Shown here in pieces: positions 1-14,740 of a DNA stretch of 64,000 nucleotides. The stretch is from Tubulanus polymorphus. Lineage: Eukaryota > Animalia > Nemertea. Under the pieces are notes generated by a model. That model saw only the letters and a program-made list of their open reading frames with translations, did not search any database and had not been told where the DNA came from. Where the stretch lies: contig NC_134035.1 of the NCBI RefSeq assembly GCF_964204645.1, forward strand, positions 3,348,001-3,412,000, written 5' to 3'. Position 1 is the first letter of the stretch; every line of letters starts with the position of its first letter. The translations under genes and the position numbers were made by a program.

Positions 1-339
1 ACGATTTGAGAACAATTTCTATATATGATAATAAAGAAGTTTCCAGTTTCTAGGCGCCATTTTATGGCGGACCCTTGAGGTCCCCGTTGTTGCGATAATT
101 TTCCTTTCTTTTTTACACAAAAAAAGCAAACTGGATACTTCTTTTATTAAAGATGGCGTCTGGATATGCTTTCCTGCCTTTCAAACAAAAGAACGACCCG
201 TTTCCAACAATTCGTTCATTAATTTCTAGAAGATTCCCGCCAGCTCAGAGTTCTAAATCGTTATTCCCAAATATGGGGGCGTTTGATATTGTTTAAAATC
301 ATTTCAATTTAATCGTCGAACTAAGATTTGTTTCGATTT

Positions 340-460
340 GATAATGATAAATGATAAATGTATAAGTTTTATAAAGCGCAGGTATCTTACTAAAACAGTT
401 CTGATGCGCTCCTCTAAGTAACCGTCGTCTGAATAGGAGTGTCTTTAGATGAGTTTTGAA
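340..460 (-). mobile_element. 3' tail remnant of an L2/CR1-type LINE
   Basis: The minus strand reads FKTHLKTLLF, which resembles the end of an L2/CR1 ORF2. It is followed by GCGC...GCGCTTTATAAAA and a short (ATTATC/ATTTATC)n tail. Confidence 0.5.
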
Positions 461-3159
461 CAACTGCAGAGAAAATGAATTAAAATCTTTGAAACTTTAC
501 GAGATCCATAAGCGTGAGGAACACATCGAAAGAAGGTCGAAGATGCTTAAATTGATCAGAGGTTCATCAGTTAATGTTGATGAGCTGATTGATCCGCGCA
601 GGTTTCGATTTCATGTCTAGCAATTTTTCATTATCGGCCATTTTATCGACCTCTTCGGCTGATCGTTTCTAATCATCTTTCCCTCTTCAAATATTCATCG
701 ATCGAATATATTATAATTGAATAATCGGAGGTATTTCCTATATCACACGCGCGCGCGACGGCTGATTTCCGATTTGGTATTTTTATTAACGTCGAGTGCG
801 AGAGAGAGCGCGAGAGGTTCAATATCGCATACGACACTCGTGATACGGTCGGCAAACACTCGGCGAACGACTGACAGGCCGCCGATGTTGCCGCTGCCGT
901 TGCTGCCGCTGCTGCTGAAATTTCAGATGGAGATCTCTCAAAGCGAAGTGACGACGTGAAAAGTCGTATCAGGGTTTTCAATTAGCGATCGGCGCGTTCC
1001 CGGCATTATAGAGCCAATGGAACGCGCCAAATATGCAGACGATAACTTTGTTTGAACTTTTCGACATTTCCTAACGATCTCGAATTTATTCACTTTTAGC
1101 CAGAATTATAATCAACTTCAACAATCTATTAATTATGTATCGTAAGATTGATTCGGAGACGATTTATTAGTCTGTACGTTTCCGCCTTTATAGTCGGAGA
1201 AAGATATATTCGAGCGACGCAGGAATTCAGGTTGATTCGAGCGTGCGCATTCAAATTTGATTTGCTCGTTAAAAGTTTACATAACACGCCTCGGAACAGC
1301 CGCTCCGCAAAACGAAATTTCTCACGCGAATTCGCAGACGACACCGCGCTCAAGTTTTACAAAAATACCAACTCGAAATTCTACTCGGAACGCGGTTTGT
1401 CGACCGGAGAAAAATAAGTTACAAGTTTGAGTGCGCGTATAAATTACGCTACATTATTGACAAAATCTTCAGTAGCTCGGAAGAAATATTCGAGATTTTC
1501 GTGGCCATTAGTCTCTGTCTATCTGGTTTTTTGAGGAGAAATTACCTGAAATAGGTCGTTATCGCTTTTACCGGTTTATGCGTTTCGTTCTGATTTGAAG
1601 GATTGCGAAAAATATGTAACGCATAAAAAAAATATTGATGAAATGGTGACTTTGAAATCTGTTTTTTGCTGATGTTTCGGAAAGATCTCTTCTTGGCGAC
1701 TATACAGAGATTCATTCGTAATGATCTCAAATTCTGAAGATGAAACGAATAAATCATTGATTTCGTAGTTATCATTTTTCATACACTCTGAAGACAGCGA
1801 CAAGATTAGAATTTCGATTAAGGGAAAAAGTCGTGTCTTTTACTCGAGTCGAATCGGAGAAAAGAAGCCTTTACTTTTGAAAAATAAAGATAATTACAGT
1901 TTTTACATCGCGCGCAAACCAAATGATTTCGATTCTTTCAACGAAAATGATTTCAGTATAAAGCGTATCCGAAAAATGATTCGACTATATCGCGCCTCGT
2001 TCGGTCGTATTTTCATTTCTGAAATAGTGATTAATATCTGTAGCTGAATGGATCATGATTGCGGTAATTCGATAGTGTAGGATCCCCTACCCTGGAAATG
2101 ATTAACAGCCACGCCGAGAAGCCGCGAAATCATCGCCAACATTTTGAATTTAATCCCCGTCTATATTTCAATTGATAAATATCCGCGGAATTAATTTCGC
2201 CCGACCGACCGGTTTTAATAAGCGTCGCCGGTTATCTCGTCGTTAATCTGTTCGCGTGAACGAATAGTCGTTTTTGTCTTTTTCATTAACTAAATCTGAA
2301 AATCCATTTCTTTTTTTTCGTTTTATTTTTACGCGAATTGTTCGAGCGGTTTTCTCGGATATCATCGCAAGTGTATGCCAAGCGATGCCACACGACGCTA
2401 AACGTGATCTCATCTGTTGAAAAAAACCGGGCGAATTATTCGAAAAAGCATTTCTCACTCTCTCGCTGGAGACAAGTTATAACTTGATTGAAGAAATCGA
2501 ATTTTTCAGATTCAACTGTTTCTGATTTGTTTACGGAAAAAAGATAAATACTGAATGAAACGAGTTAGTTCCAAAGACGTTCATTTTGTTATTTTCTACA
2601 GAGTTAGTTAAGCATTCCAACTCAAATCACAAATTAGCATAAGCACCTCATGGTGATGCTTTGATAACAGTGACTTACATTTTCAGGAGAAGAACTCCAT
2701 AGTCTCTTGTATTCACCATTTCAATATCTATTGGTATCAACCATTGTCTGGCTTCATATAGGGGGCAAATTTCGGTGTCGATTCTAAAAAGATTCACTCA
2801 CTGGTGACACTTAGATCTCGGTTCAAAATGATAATATGCTTTCAAACTTAACCTAACTCGTTGCCAAATTGCAGGAAAAAGGACCGAAATTCTCTTTCCT
2901 TGTCACCCTTATCTGCCTGAAGCTGCGAAATTGCTTCTATAATGCATCTAATTTTCAAATTTCTGAAGGAATATACGCCCGGGACCTACGACTAAATCTA
3001 CGTTCCTTTGGCATGTGCATCTTACAAGAAGTCTATTTTCGCTTGTCCGTCATCGGGGAGAGATACTGTCTAGTTAAATCATTGATACACCCACGGTAGA
3101 GTAGATCAAACACGAATATCTATACTCGTAGTTTACGATCTTTCGTTTTCTATTCGCAG

Positions 3160-3203
3160 GTGGATACTCACAGATGCTACCAGCGGTGACTACGATTCAT
3201 TGA
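3160..3203 (+). CDS. Possible terminal coding exon of a gene starting upstream of the window
   Basis: Strong acceptor (tttcgttttctattcgcag|G). The phase-1 reading gives (G)GYSQMLPAVTTIH*, followed by UTR-like sequence with AATAAA at 3640. Frame and identity are not established. Confidence 0.3.
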
Positions 3204-6200
3204 TATGAGTTTAAAAGCGCGACACATCGGTACACACACCGCCGACAAACCCGACACGAATAATTATGTGACTTGATGTATATAATATATTATAATTAAA
3301 AAAAAACTAGGCATTTAAACAGGAATCAAAAGAAAGAACGACAACTATAACGACAACAACAGGATCTACAACAGACGACCGAGACGACCGGCGTGGATAA
3401 AAGGCTGGCTCCTAGAATTTCATCATGTTCGGAACCACTGGTCGCTTCATCTGCGTGCTCTCACTATAGGAACCTCTCAAAAACAGCGACGAACTGGAAA
3501 TAGGCGTTCAGTTTAAAACATCGCGGAACCTACCGCAGGAATTGAATTATCATCCTTGAATTTGATTTGATTATGTTCGATTAGATTTGGAGCTATCTGC
3601 CAATTACATGTACTGTATTCGTCCCTGTTCCCTCGTGACAATAAAACAGCCAATCAAAACAATGAACGAAATCAACTACTTAACAACGGATAAAATGAAA
3701 ACTATTGTGAAAATTGATTTGTCCAATATATATAAAAGAACAGCTTGCGTAGTGACGACGTAATATATATATACATATATTTTGTCATAAAAATCTAAAT
3801 TAATGTTGAAATAAATCGTGATTTTATTGTTGTGGTTTTTGAGGCAGCCAATATGTACATATCTGGTATTTTATTTTTGCTACGGATTCTACTCGTTGGA
3901 CGGCGTCGGGCGCCCGGGGCGATCTTCGCCCAGTCCTGGAAGTGGTTGTATCGACGCAGTGCAGTGATCCACGGCGCTCCGCGATCACCCGGGGGTGTTG
4001 TGGTAGCGTCTCAGACACTGAGGTTCTTGGCGAAGGCCGTCGAATCGTTCGAATTGCGACGAGAAATTTCAGTTTCGAAGAAAAAGAATCATATTTCGAC
4101 CAGGGATCTTAAATTTCAGCTTTGATGAACGCAGATACTTCCCACTAATGGGTATAGACGCGTTCTAAGATAATATGTTCCTTATAGAATAATTTCAACG
4201 ATTTAGATGTCGACCAACATAACGTTTACTTCGGAGAATGAAAACGTATTGGGCCCGGGAGAGCCGAGGTTACAAGGGCGGAGCTAGTGAAATTGAAAGG
4301 CCGGGATCCAGAAGAAAGGGCATTACTCTGATCCAGGTCAAAAGCCACTAGCGGGGTTCTACTCTCGGTGTCGATATGATTTCGATCCTGAAATCAATCC
4401 TGATTTAAATTTCGAGAGGTTGAGTTTCAAATTTGTAGGTTTTAACTCTCTCTGTCTTGGCGAACAGGGCAGCCTCAGTGGGACGGCAGGGGTCCAGACC
4501 CCCAAGACACCCCCTAAATCCGCCCCTAGGCGAGCGGAGTCTGCTGGCAAAAAGAACTAAAGCACCGATTTCCTGCTGAAAAAGGGCAGCGCTTCTTTCC
4601 GCGATATAAGAAGAGACACAAGAAGAGTCCGGAGCCGCGGGGGAAAACAACACCACATAACCACGCACCGGCTTCACTACTACTGATGGCTAATCTAAGC
4701 AGCTTTCAAATGAAATTATCGTGTAAAATTATGCGCAAACAGCGCGGCTTATGTCGCCGTGATTACGGCGTCGTTCTCGATCGAATCGTCTCTCCGCGGC
4801 GCGAGGATTTTTGCCGTGGGAATCGGCCGCGCTTAACACGCGGCAATTAAACATATTCTTTCAACGGTTTGAACGTCGTCACGCGGGTTGTCGTCTAATT
4901 ACAACCGCCGAACGACCGAGCGAGGGAACGACCGTCATTTATTTATCTAACGGTTGCCGCGCATTCTGATTTATTCCATTAAATAAAACGCCATCGAGAC
5001 CGCGAGAAAAAAAAACGATTTGCATCTTTGACAATTACGCATCAAATGCGGCGCCGGTTTTGCTAAATTGCGTCTGCTTTAGATTCACCGCCGCTGAAGG
5101 GTAAATAAACTATTTAAATGAACAGTTTTAGAAATGAGAACCGCTATCATGTCTGACGCGCTTCAGTCGTCGGTTATCACTGGCATATATAAATATGTGA
5201 AATATCAGTTTTATATCAGTTATATTATCAGTTCAATAACTTGCACAAAAACGGCGCTTACTTCCAACGATAACGAGTCCATCATCATCATGCCCTATAA
5301 ACTTAAATGACCGCCGCAGTTTTTGAATAACTTGAAAAACAGCACATACTTTTTCTACGCTAAACACGGCTATATGGTTCTATAGTAGAACCTTTTAGGC
5401 TTCAGCTTGGCTCTGACGAGGCTCCCTCTGAGGTACCAGTGGAGCACCCTTTCGAAAGGTTCTTTCCCAAGAACGGTCTTTAATCGTTCTTCATAAGAAC
5501 CGTATAGGGTTCTATGGAAGGACCCTGTAAATGTTACTACATCATAAATTCTTATATTTCTTTTCTAATAACTAAGGCCTATTTATTACACAGGGTTGTG
5601 ATCCTTATTGGTTCCATGTCTCGGAATTCAACCCATAAAGACTGATATGCATTTTTGCTGAGTATGCCTAACACAGGGTTCTAACGAAGAACGCCCATGC
5701 CTATACGAATGACCCTTTTAGACGTCGAAGCACAGCGAGGATGCTTGCATAACATCAAAGAACGCTTAGAGGATCCTGGCGGGGCTCCCCTATGAGTCCA
5801 ACACCATACATGTGCCGGATAAACGCTGAAATCTATCTCCTCAAATCTACGACATACGGAAGAAAACTGCATATTTTGAATACATTTTCAAAACAACACT
5901 AATTTCCAGCGATAAACAGTGAAAAGATCATATGATTTATTGGATGAGAAATGTTTCGTGGGAACTCTGCTTATTCGGAAGAAAACATCATTCTTTTTTA
6001 AACTTAAAAGCATCAATTCTGAATAACTTGGACAACGACAACACCATCTTTCAACGATAAATGCTGCATTTATTCGTACGAATCAAAAAATATTTCATCA
6101 AAATCTCATCGAACGATACGATATTTAGTTAAGGACAACCACGGACGTATGAACGTCCATGGGACAAAGTATCACCGTCAACAAAGGCAGAAGTGTGACA

Positions 6201-9200
6201 GTCGTTTCGCCGGCACCGCGCTACATAAATCAAAACCTAATATAAATACTACGGCGTCCATTTAAAGCAAGTGCCTGCTCAACCCCAACTTGGGAATCAA
6301 ATATCTTCACAAATGTTTGAAATGTTGAATGGATTTGGTATTTGTTACATTTGTTTAATCCTGAATTCGCATTGTAAAAGCTACTATAGTCGAGTAGTGA
6401 ACTGTGATCGAACAATACACGGCGCATGCATTACAAAAGCAAGAATTCTACTTACCGTATTGTACTCATGGTCCATATCAGTCAAGGTCCGTGGTTTATC
6501 ATTATCCGTTTCAGTCCACATACTTGTTTGGCGTGTTTGAATTAAGTATATCCAGTTCATAAGTGATAAAGCCCAATAAAGTTGTTCAAAGCGAGCATGA
6601 TCCTATATGTGTCCTCGTTTGGGCCAGGGAACATTCCGTACTGAGCGCCAGCATCCTTCCTCCAAAGTCTATTCCTAACCGACGGCATATTTGCCTTCTC
6701 TTTCTACGTCGTCCTCGAAGCTCTCCGAGAGAGGCTGCGTGAATTGAGCACCGCGGTTTGTAATGGAATGGAGGAGATGTGTATTGTGATTTCTAAAAAT
6801 TGTATATGAATGATCAATGACCCGCATCTTGAATACGTATATAATAGTAACAGACCATTCAATAGCTTGGTGCCATCATGAAAACGCCGGATGGTCATGC
6901 TTGATGGAGCATCTAGTGCGGCTTATGAAGAGACTCATCGGTATCCGTGACAGCGAGGGCAAGTCTAGATGGACGCTCCCGTCATTGTCATGTGCCCTTT
7001 TGAAAATACGATGGCAACTTTCTCAGGGCACTTTTCTCACCGACGACTAATAGAACAGCAGTCCACTGCACAAGATTGTGCTTTTTCTTTCATTTTAATA
7101 AGATGTTTTCTTTAATGTCCTCAAGTGGAATTTCTAAAATGTCCAGGCCCTGTTTTGGTTCCGCTCTGCGTGGATACTTGCCCCTTTTTTTATTAATTTG
7201 TGTTCCTGTCAAATTCTGCCCCTGGACCCGCCCTTTGATAGACCCCACGGCCACTACTTCATCTCGACTGCAAGATTCAAGATACCAAAGTTCTGTAAAC
7301 CCTATCGCTAAACCCTATCTTTGCTAGGTCACTGTGCACGTACATGAATTCACTTCCCGTACGTTTGTAGTGAGGCTTCTTTATCGAAAGCTTTTTTAGG
7401 TCTTAAAGATTTCATCCATCATTTTTTTTTCAAATTTTCAATCATATTTCTACAATAACTATATGACACAAATTATACACGTATTCCTAATGATATTTCG
7501 GGCAGTAATTAACAACGCACTAAATTCAAGTGTTTACGACAGGAATTCTAATCATATACAGCAGCGGGAATCCATATTTCTATCAATTCCCTACTGCGCG
7601 GGCTGATACCGAATTAAAAACATAATTGGGTCGCATAATGATCCACTAATTCATAATATTTATCACTAATACTTGTATCAAGGACTCCTATAATTGCGCG
7701 CACAAAGTATAAGTGGCATTTGATAACATGCTTCGATGGGCTTTTATGTGACTTATAAATGCCGAACAAATCTAATTCATTTTTCGAAATTGTTTTTACG
7801 GATTTGTAGATACTTAATAATGTCGTGTTTAATTGGAATCGAGAGGTTTGCCCGTAAAAACCCGCGTCAGACAAGACGATAATTAAGTTCTCTGTATGGG
7901 GTGGTGTTGCAATGAAATCGACAAAACCGAAATGCATTAAGTTGAAGTATTTTCAAACATTTCGAGAAAAACAGCTGAACATGTTCCGACATAGTGTTAA
8001 CAATATTATTAACAGTTTTCTAATACATTAGAATAGGGATTGGGTTTAAATTTTTTGAATCATAGACAATTAATATTATATACACAACTAATATTCTGTT
8101 GTTTTTTAAATTGCAAGCGCACTGCAAAAGTAATCAAAATTTTTTGTCTTTTGAAAAACCTGACCCCCATGTTCCCTGATACTGAATATGAACTACCGGT
8201 AAGTTAGTTTTTACTGAAGATATATCTAACTTGTTATGGAACTGGAAATAATTGCCTGTAATTACCTTGGGCTAAAATAAAAAGATACCTTGTTTTTCCT
8301 AATCGGGTCACTTGTAAACAAACTGCAATAAAATTTGTATAATCAGTTCATTTTCTAACTCCCGGGTCTGTTCGTGCTAGCTTGGTCGCGATTTTTAAAG
8401 AATGTACATGAGTAGATAGGCGGCCGGTCGGGTCAACTTCTAAGCTCAGCTGAAATGCGAAACGAGGTATAAATTTTGTTTAGCCTTAACACTAAAAACC
8501 GCTTTTATATCCATTTCGGACGAAGAAAAAACCGTCGAAAAAATCGGTAGAAATTTCTCCCGTACGCTATGGCATTTCTCAGAATGGATAAAGATCAGCA
8601 ACAAGAAAATACAGAACGCCGTAATTCAAAATAAGCCCGTTTATTTTGTTATATATATATAATATATCTTTCTTCATACAGAACTCAACCTCGTGTATAT
8701 TATGTACATACTAAATAGCCCAAAAAACCGCGTGGTGTGTTCTTATTTTTCAATACGTGATTCATTCAACACACGAAGATTCAAAAACGTTTATATCTAT
8801 CTACACAAACATCGTGATAATATATACTCATCTAACAGTATAGATAACTAAACGTGAGAAGCCGATAATCGGTCGGCATCTAAAAGTGTTCACAAAAATA
8901 TCATTTCAAAATTCGAAAATCATTATCCTGAAAATAGCACATCGCACGCATAAACACACACCTAAATAAATAAAACTATAAAATTGGTTAAGAAATGCTG
9001 ACGGATCTGGTTCCACAGTTCGGAGTTAACTCATTGAAAATGAACTAACTTTAACTCCTGGAGCTGAATTCTGAATTACACATACTGTACCCAGCTCCAC
9101 GACTGAAAACTGAATTCGGCACGGACCTGGTTGGACGTTTTCGTTTTTGGTCGGGTCAAATTTGGCCCGCGTCAAACGAGGCACCGGTATGAACGGTTGA

Positions 9201-9525
9201 CCCGGGTCGAAACGCCTCGCGCGCTCGTGGCTATGACGATATGGATCGCATCTCTAAGTGCGAACAATTTCATTCTCGGATCACAGTGAAACCGTAAACA
9301 GCATTTCTTAATAAGCCACTCGTTAACAGGGAATCTTGCATTTCATACAATACTCTAGCAAATAAATAGTTTTCGCAATTTTGGTCTTAATACATTTTCA
9401 TGAGATCATAACAGCTCATAAAACAAGATATAATAAGATGTACATTTTCGATTAATAAATGGCACACGCGCACGAGGGCTCGAATGAACTTTCTTGGAAA
9501 GTTCCGATACAAAGGCCCTTTCATC

Positions 9526-9864
9526 CATCTTCCCTCAGCAGGGATTCAAATTCTGATGGCATCGCTCGACTCAGCCATGGTACGAAACCCTGCCACACTA
9601 GACCGCGCGCGCGCTGGTACATGCGCAAAAAAACTCGCGGTACCAATCAGATCGCTGTTGTATAATCGCCGAGACAAATTTCACTGATAAACTATTTCCC
9701 TAATAACCCGGGCTAAAATAAAACAGGATTTCTGAATGGCTAATAATGATATCATCTTAGCTGTGCATATAGCGGTTCACTTGGGCTAATCGGGCAGAGC
9801 TTCGTACCGTGGCTGAGTCTAGCGATGTCAGTAGTTTCAAATCACTGCCCGGGGGAGGATGCTC
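9526..9864. mobile_element. Foldback/MITE with ~70-bp inverted arms carrying tRNA-like A/B-box motifs
   Basis: Left arm catcttccc...gggattcaaa...gatggcatcgct...ctcagccatggtacgaa pairs with right arm ttcgtaccgtggctgagtctagcgatg...gggaggatg. The same arms recur at 35547-35667 and ~38957-39072. Confidence 0.7.
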
Positions 9865-10205
9865 TTATCCAGGAAAAAAAAAATCACCTTCATTTCATAA
9901 CTTCAACGCTGATTGATGATAATGTGATAACTTGAAAGAACGACAAGAGAAAAGCGACGATTCAAAAGTTTCACAAACCGACAACATAAACCAAAGTCAC
10001 TATAATACAGTAGACATAAACTAAATACAAATTCTACTAGCGGGCTTGGCTTATGATATGCCTGTTTGTACGTGCGTAGTTAGTTATACCATGAACTCTT
10101 AAACTTTCTTTTTAAGTCCATGGTTCGTCATCGCTTATGAGGCTCAATTGAACGTAGTCATTATTGATTTCATTTCATTTTCATCCTCATTAATCAACCG
10201 TTATA

Positions 10206-10436
10206 GCCGCGATCACACGAGCATTTTTGGCCCGGGCCAAATGAGGCCCAGAACAAACTGACCATACGGCTGCCGAATGGGCCCGTACCCATTTGGCCCA
10301 ACCAAAAACTTCGGACCAGGCCGGAGCAGAATTATCGCGCGTGAATTACAACTGGTTCCGGAATTAAACACGCGCTAAAATAAGGCACAGGCCAAATTCG
10401 ACTCGGGCCTGATCCGTGCCTCCACGTGATCGCGGC
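10206..10436. mobile_element. MITE, TIR GCCGCGATCAC
   Basis: gccgcgatcacacga ... ccacgtgatcgcggc, with an internal palindrome. A related copy starts near 18405. Confidence 0.6.
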
Positions 10437-11095
10437 TTACGAAGTTTTGAATCATCGCCGATCTATTGCGGTTCTAAAAAAATCATCAGACTCGCCGCGG
10501 AAAGTCGGATATCGATAACTTACAAGTTTGAGAGCGGCCGCAATAATATATAACATACTTTCAGTGCATCAAATCTTAACAACAACGAAATGGTCAGTTA
10601 TTTCATAATCACCGCAACGAAAACAACACCAAAACTTAAAAAAAGGTTAAATCGATTAAATCAAAAGAAAAAACGGAAAAAACGTTAGACGTGACACGAA
10701 AATAGATAACGATATATCGACAATGTTCGAATGTATTTTACACAAATTGACGAAAGAAGCACCAAGATCATAATTATCATAACTGGGAATACAATACTGT
10801 AAAAGGAATCGTAAATCTCGCCTAACTGGGATTAACTGGGAATATTGAGAGAAATCCGAGGATCGGAAAGAAAATGATACAGTAATGAATCAGAAAATAA
10901 CTTTGTTTTCATACAATTTGTTGAAATTGCGACACGGCCGTGTCCCGAGCACGGCTGTGTCCCGAGCGTGGCCGTGTCCCGAGCACGGCGAGGTTTACTG
11001 TAGTTACAGTAGATATGCTGTATATATCAACAGGAACCAGTTTTACACGTACTAGATTTTTAAACATTTGACCGCATTAGTCAAATTTGAACGCA

Positions 11096-11201
11096 GGACC
11101 CAGTTCCACAGTGCTGTGTTAACATTTGACTCATTGAAGAAAATGCACCAACTTAATTAAACTCAGAGTTAACTCCAACTCAGAACTGTGGAACTGGATC
11201 C
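11096..11201. mobile_element. Short MITE family, TIR GGAYCCAGTTCCACAG (other copies ~9003, ~14947, ~26312-26404, 42701-42793)
   Basis: ggacccagttccacagt ... actgtggaactggatcc inverted termini, with a shared internal aactcattgaaaatgaactaact-type core in several copies. Confidence 0.7.
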
Positions 11202-13570
11202 AAAACTGCGAGAACTGCGCAACTTCCGTTCATTACTTTCAGTCATAAAAGTAAAATTTATTGAAGGCTTTAAACAAACGGTCAAAATTCGACCATTCTC
11301 TCATTAGACTGACAATGGTAACCACTTGATTCAGCAGTAAATTTGAGTCAACAGTCCGTTCATATTTCAACAACCCCCCCACTGATTTGGTTTGCCGCAA
11401 AATTTACAACATTTCGACGCAGCATGTTTTCAACGCGTGTTAAAATGTCTAAAGACGCCGTCGAACCTGAATTCGACGTCGTAATTCTACGAATGAATGC
11501 TTTATACGACAATCAAACGGACGAAGGCTTCAAACTTAAAGACATTATCATCGAAATACCATATCTACTCGAAATATATGACGGCGAAGTAACCTGTAAG
11601 GAATTAACTCCACAAGCTTCACGTCGATCAAGCTGCCTTGAACATTTCAATGATTTCTATCATATACCTTTCAATGCAGACACTTGATATAAAACAATAC
11701 ACAAGAGGGCTGAGATTCATTCATTGAATCACTCAGACGTATTTTACTCGCCTAGGGCTAGTTTTATAGACAGGTATTACCTTAATTCGCGGGGCTAACT
11801 CAATTCATTTTCAATTGAGTTAGCCCGCGGGTTAAAGGTAATACCCGTCTATAAAACCGGGCCCTGAAATTTTCACACGTACACTTAAAACACATACGCT
11901 TGTGTATACCACTGTAAGATCTATCATTTGTATTGCACAAAATGTACCTTTTATAAATTTGCATAATCTGCTGCGTTTACCTGCTTCAGTGATACATAAA
12001 AATTGAATTGAATTCCTGGAAAACATGATTGGAAATAATGACATTACACCAAATACCGAAAAATTCAGGGATAAGTATCTACACATTGACAAACAGGGGC
12101 GGATCGAAGAGTAGGGTGCTGGGGGTGCGTTCCCGCTACAAATGTCAAAGTTACACTAAAAATGAAAAATATTAGATTGATACCTAAAAAGCTTCGATTC
12201 ATAAGCTTGTTCGGTGTATTTCCAGAAATGAGTTAACGTTTTCTGATGAGCTTTCTTTTGGGGTTCCACGTTTAAATCACGTGATATGCCCTATTTTGGG
12301 GGGCACCCCTCCCTGAGTCAGACCCTAGATCCACCACTGGATAATAATAGACTTAGAATTGGTTCCAATCTAACTTGGCGTAATTACATTAACAATTTCC
12401 TCCAAGGCTCTTTAACAACACTGGAATATCATTCTAGTGCACTCATTTTGACCGGAATGCTCTACCTATTCCGGAATAGCATAATCTATAAACCTGAGTT
12501 ATAGAAGGCCGGCGTAAACTATCATATTCCAGGAATTCTAATTCTTTTACTGGAATACTTTTATCAGGGTTCTTACGGGTTTCCAAATCTTATTCTCCGT
12601 AACCGTTCCACACCCTTTTCAAACCCGTATCATAAATTTTCCATACCCCTCAGTTACACATTGCCAACCTAGAACAGGCAATGTAGACCCACTCAAGGTG
12701 CCAATTCTAAATACCATTCACAAATAAAGTGTGTTAACAAAATGTGTAGTAAGATGTCTAGGCACATAAAATTCTGACGGCATTTTTGCATTTAACCATA
12801 CCTTAGAGAAAAGAAAAAAAAATAACCAGTTTCCAAAACTTTCCAAAATCCATAAGAATCCTGTTTAATAAACCCGCCTTATGTTATTACAGTAGACTTC
12901 TCTTGCCACGGAGTCGACTGCCTCTTTCATTTAAAGTTCTAATTTACAATTTCCCTACTCCAAATGTGATGATGATCCATCCTCGCTCCAACTGCATTAG
13001 AATTCGCTTATCTTGGAGTAGATTCATCGCTCCAGCAACAACCGAGGCAAGCGGAGTCTACTGATGTTTAATCTACCATGCAGGGATATTTTCCTGCGTG
13101 AAAAGAGTTCAAAAGATTAAATCAAAAAAAAAAAAATCTCTACAACATAGCCTACACACAATTTACAAATAGGAAGAATAATTTTGGCACATAATACAGC
13201 CATTTAGCATTAATCAGGTTGAATATCCTTTTAAGCGGAAAAATGCGCGATATATTTTTGATAATTGACGGAATAAAGCTAGATTTTCAAGCGAGAATTA
13301 CGAAGACTTTCAGAAATCGAACGCCGTACATGATAAATCATCGCGAATATATAAAAGTTCGGAATGAAAAAAAGCTAGTTGTAAAAATTTCGAAAATTTC
13401 AAATCAAGTTTTTTTCATGTCTAAAAGATTGTGAAGCAATTGTTGCTGGAAGATTCGTTAATGATTCGACCCAAACATTCGATTACCCCACAATGCGGTG
13501 TACAATGGACCTATCATATACATCTACCCCACAGTGTGATGTATACATATACATTGTAATTATTAGTTAA

Positions 13571-13905
13571 CCTTTTCGCTGCGTGTCATTATAACTCTAT
13601 GTATGTATACCAAACATTTAAGTTCTAATTTTTTTCTGAAAGATGGCAAAACTTTTGCCCATTGGTTTCGGGCAGTTGGCCAGCTGGTGGCCCCAGGTCA
13701 TGTCTATGCATGTGCTATGCTGTCGCATTCTGATGGTGGTCAGAATTTACGAATAATATTTCTAGCTATCTTTATTTCAAGGAAACATCTTAATAAATAA
13801 GTCCCAATGAAAAATATATGGTTTTTTTAAAATCTAAATTGCTTTAATCTTTTTGACCTGGGGACCCCGGCGCACTTCAATTCAACCATGCTAGCAGCGA
13901 AAGGG
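13571..13905. mobile_element. piggyBac-like non-autonomous element (TTAA flanks)
   Basis: ttaa|ccttttcgctgc ... gcagcgaaaggg|ttaa. Confidence 0.7.
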
Positions 13906-14309
13906 TTAAAATCTATATTTAAAAATAGCATTGTGAAATGATACATCGCACGCAGGGTAGACGTAATATGTGACGTTCCCAGCATTATACTATAGGCTGG
14001 GAACATGTCAGCTCTGAACGCAAACCTGGGTTCATCATATCTGTGTATTTAGAAACATTACTTTCATTATATTCGATATAAGTCAGATAAGTGTAACGTA
14101 CGCAGTTCGTCGTACTGTTTTGGAAAGATGTGCGAATTGTTTTTAGGTTTTTTAGCACACGAGAGAATAATTAATCGATATCGTGATGGATCGACGGACA
14201 AAAAAAAAAACGCGTAAAAATTTTCGTAATGAATGATAGTGATCATGATAGTGATATAGCGTATTACGATGGAGGAAGTGATCGGTTGTTTTGTTGTTGT
14301 TGTTGTTGT

Positions 14310-14378
14310 TTACGTTTCGATTTCACTCATCAAATACTCACCGCCGTTACTTTTATCATTTTTAAAAATCTGATCATC
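14310..14378 (-). CDS. Alternative terminal exon of the SLC1 transporter (DDQIFKNDKSNGGEYLMSEIET*)
   Basis: Acceptor gacatttcag|GAT is phase 0 and matches a phase-0 internal donor AGC|gtaagt at 16146/16145. The spliced product is ~586 aa. Confidence 0.65.
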   Translation of the reverse strand, partial: DDQIFKNDKSNGGEYLMSEIET

Positions 14379-14463
14379 CTGAAATGTCAAGCGAAACGTT
14401 GAAATATACGACGAAGACTACTAGGCGAGAAATTACAGTTTCAACGAATTACAGTGGACTCCC

Positions 14464-14740
14464 GGGGGCTGCAGTAGCTGAAAAGTTGGTTAACAATAAC
14501 CGGTGGATAAATACGATAGTAACAATGAAGTTTTAATCGTCATAATGTCAACTATCCACAGGTTAACTCTAACCAACCTTTGAGCAACTGGCCCCTGTTC
14601 AACAGTTCTGGGGCCAGTTGCTCAATAGTTAGTTAAAGGTAATCGGCGGATGGATATTGTAGTAACAAGGAAATTTCAAATGCCACTACGTCAACTATCC
14701 ACTGGTTCACTCTAACCAACTTTTCAGCAACTGCAGCCCC
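14464..14740. mobile_element. Tandem dimer of a GGGGCCAGTTGC-TIR MITE nested in a CAGTRGACTC-type MITE
   Basis: Two ~130-bp copies in direct orientation, each with inverted termini. Related monomers lie at ~17734-17845, ~22940-23066 and ~45326-45414. Confidence 0.65.

Noticed and set aside
673-981. Poly-Ala ORF
   Set aside because: It arises from a GCC/GCT-rich low-complexity tract, with no convincing splice sites or homology.
5570-8100. Possible degenerate coding or transposon sequence (several 60-107 aa ORFs)
   Set aside because: No recognisable domain motif or consistent frame. A BLASTX or Dfam search would be needed to call it.
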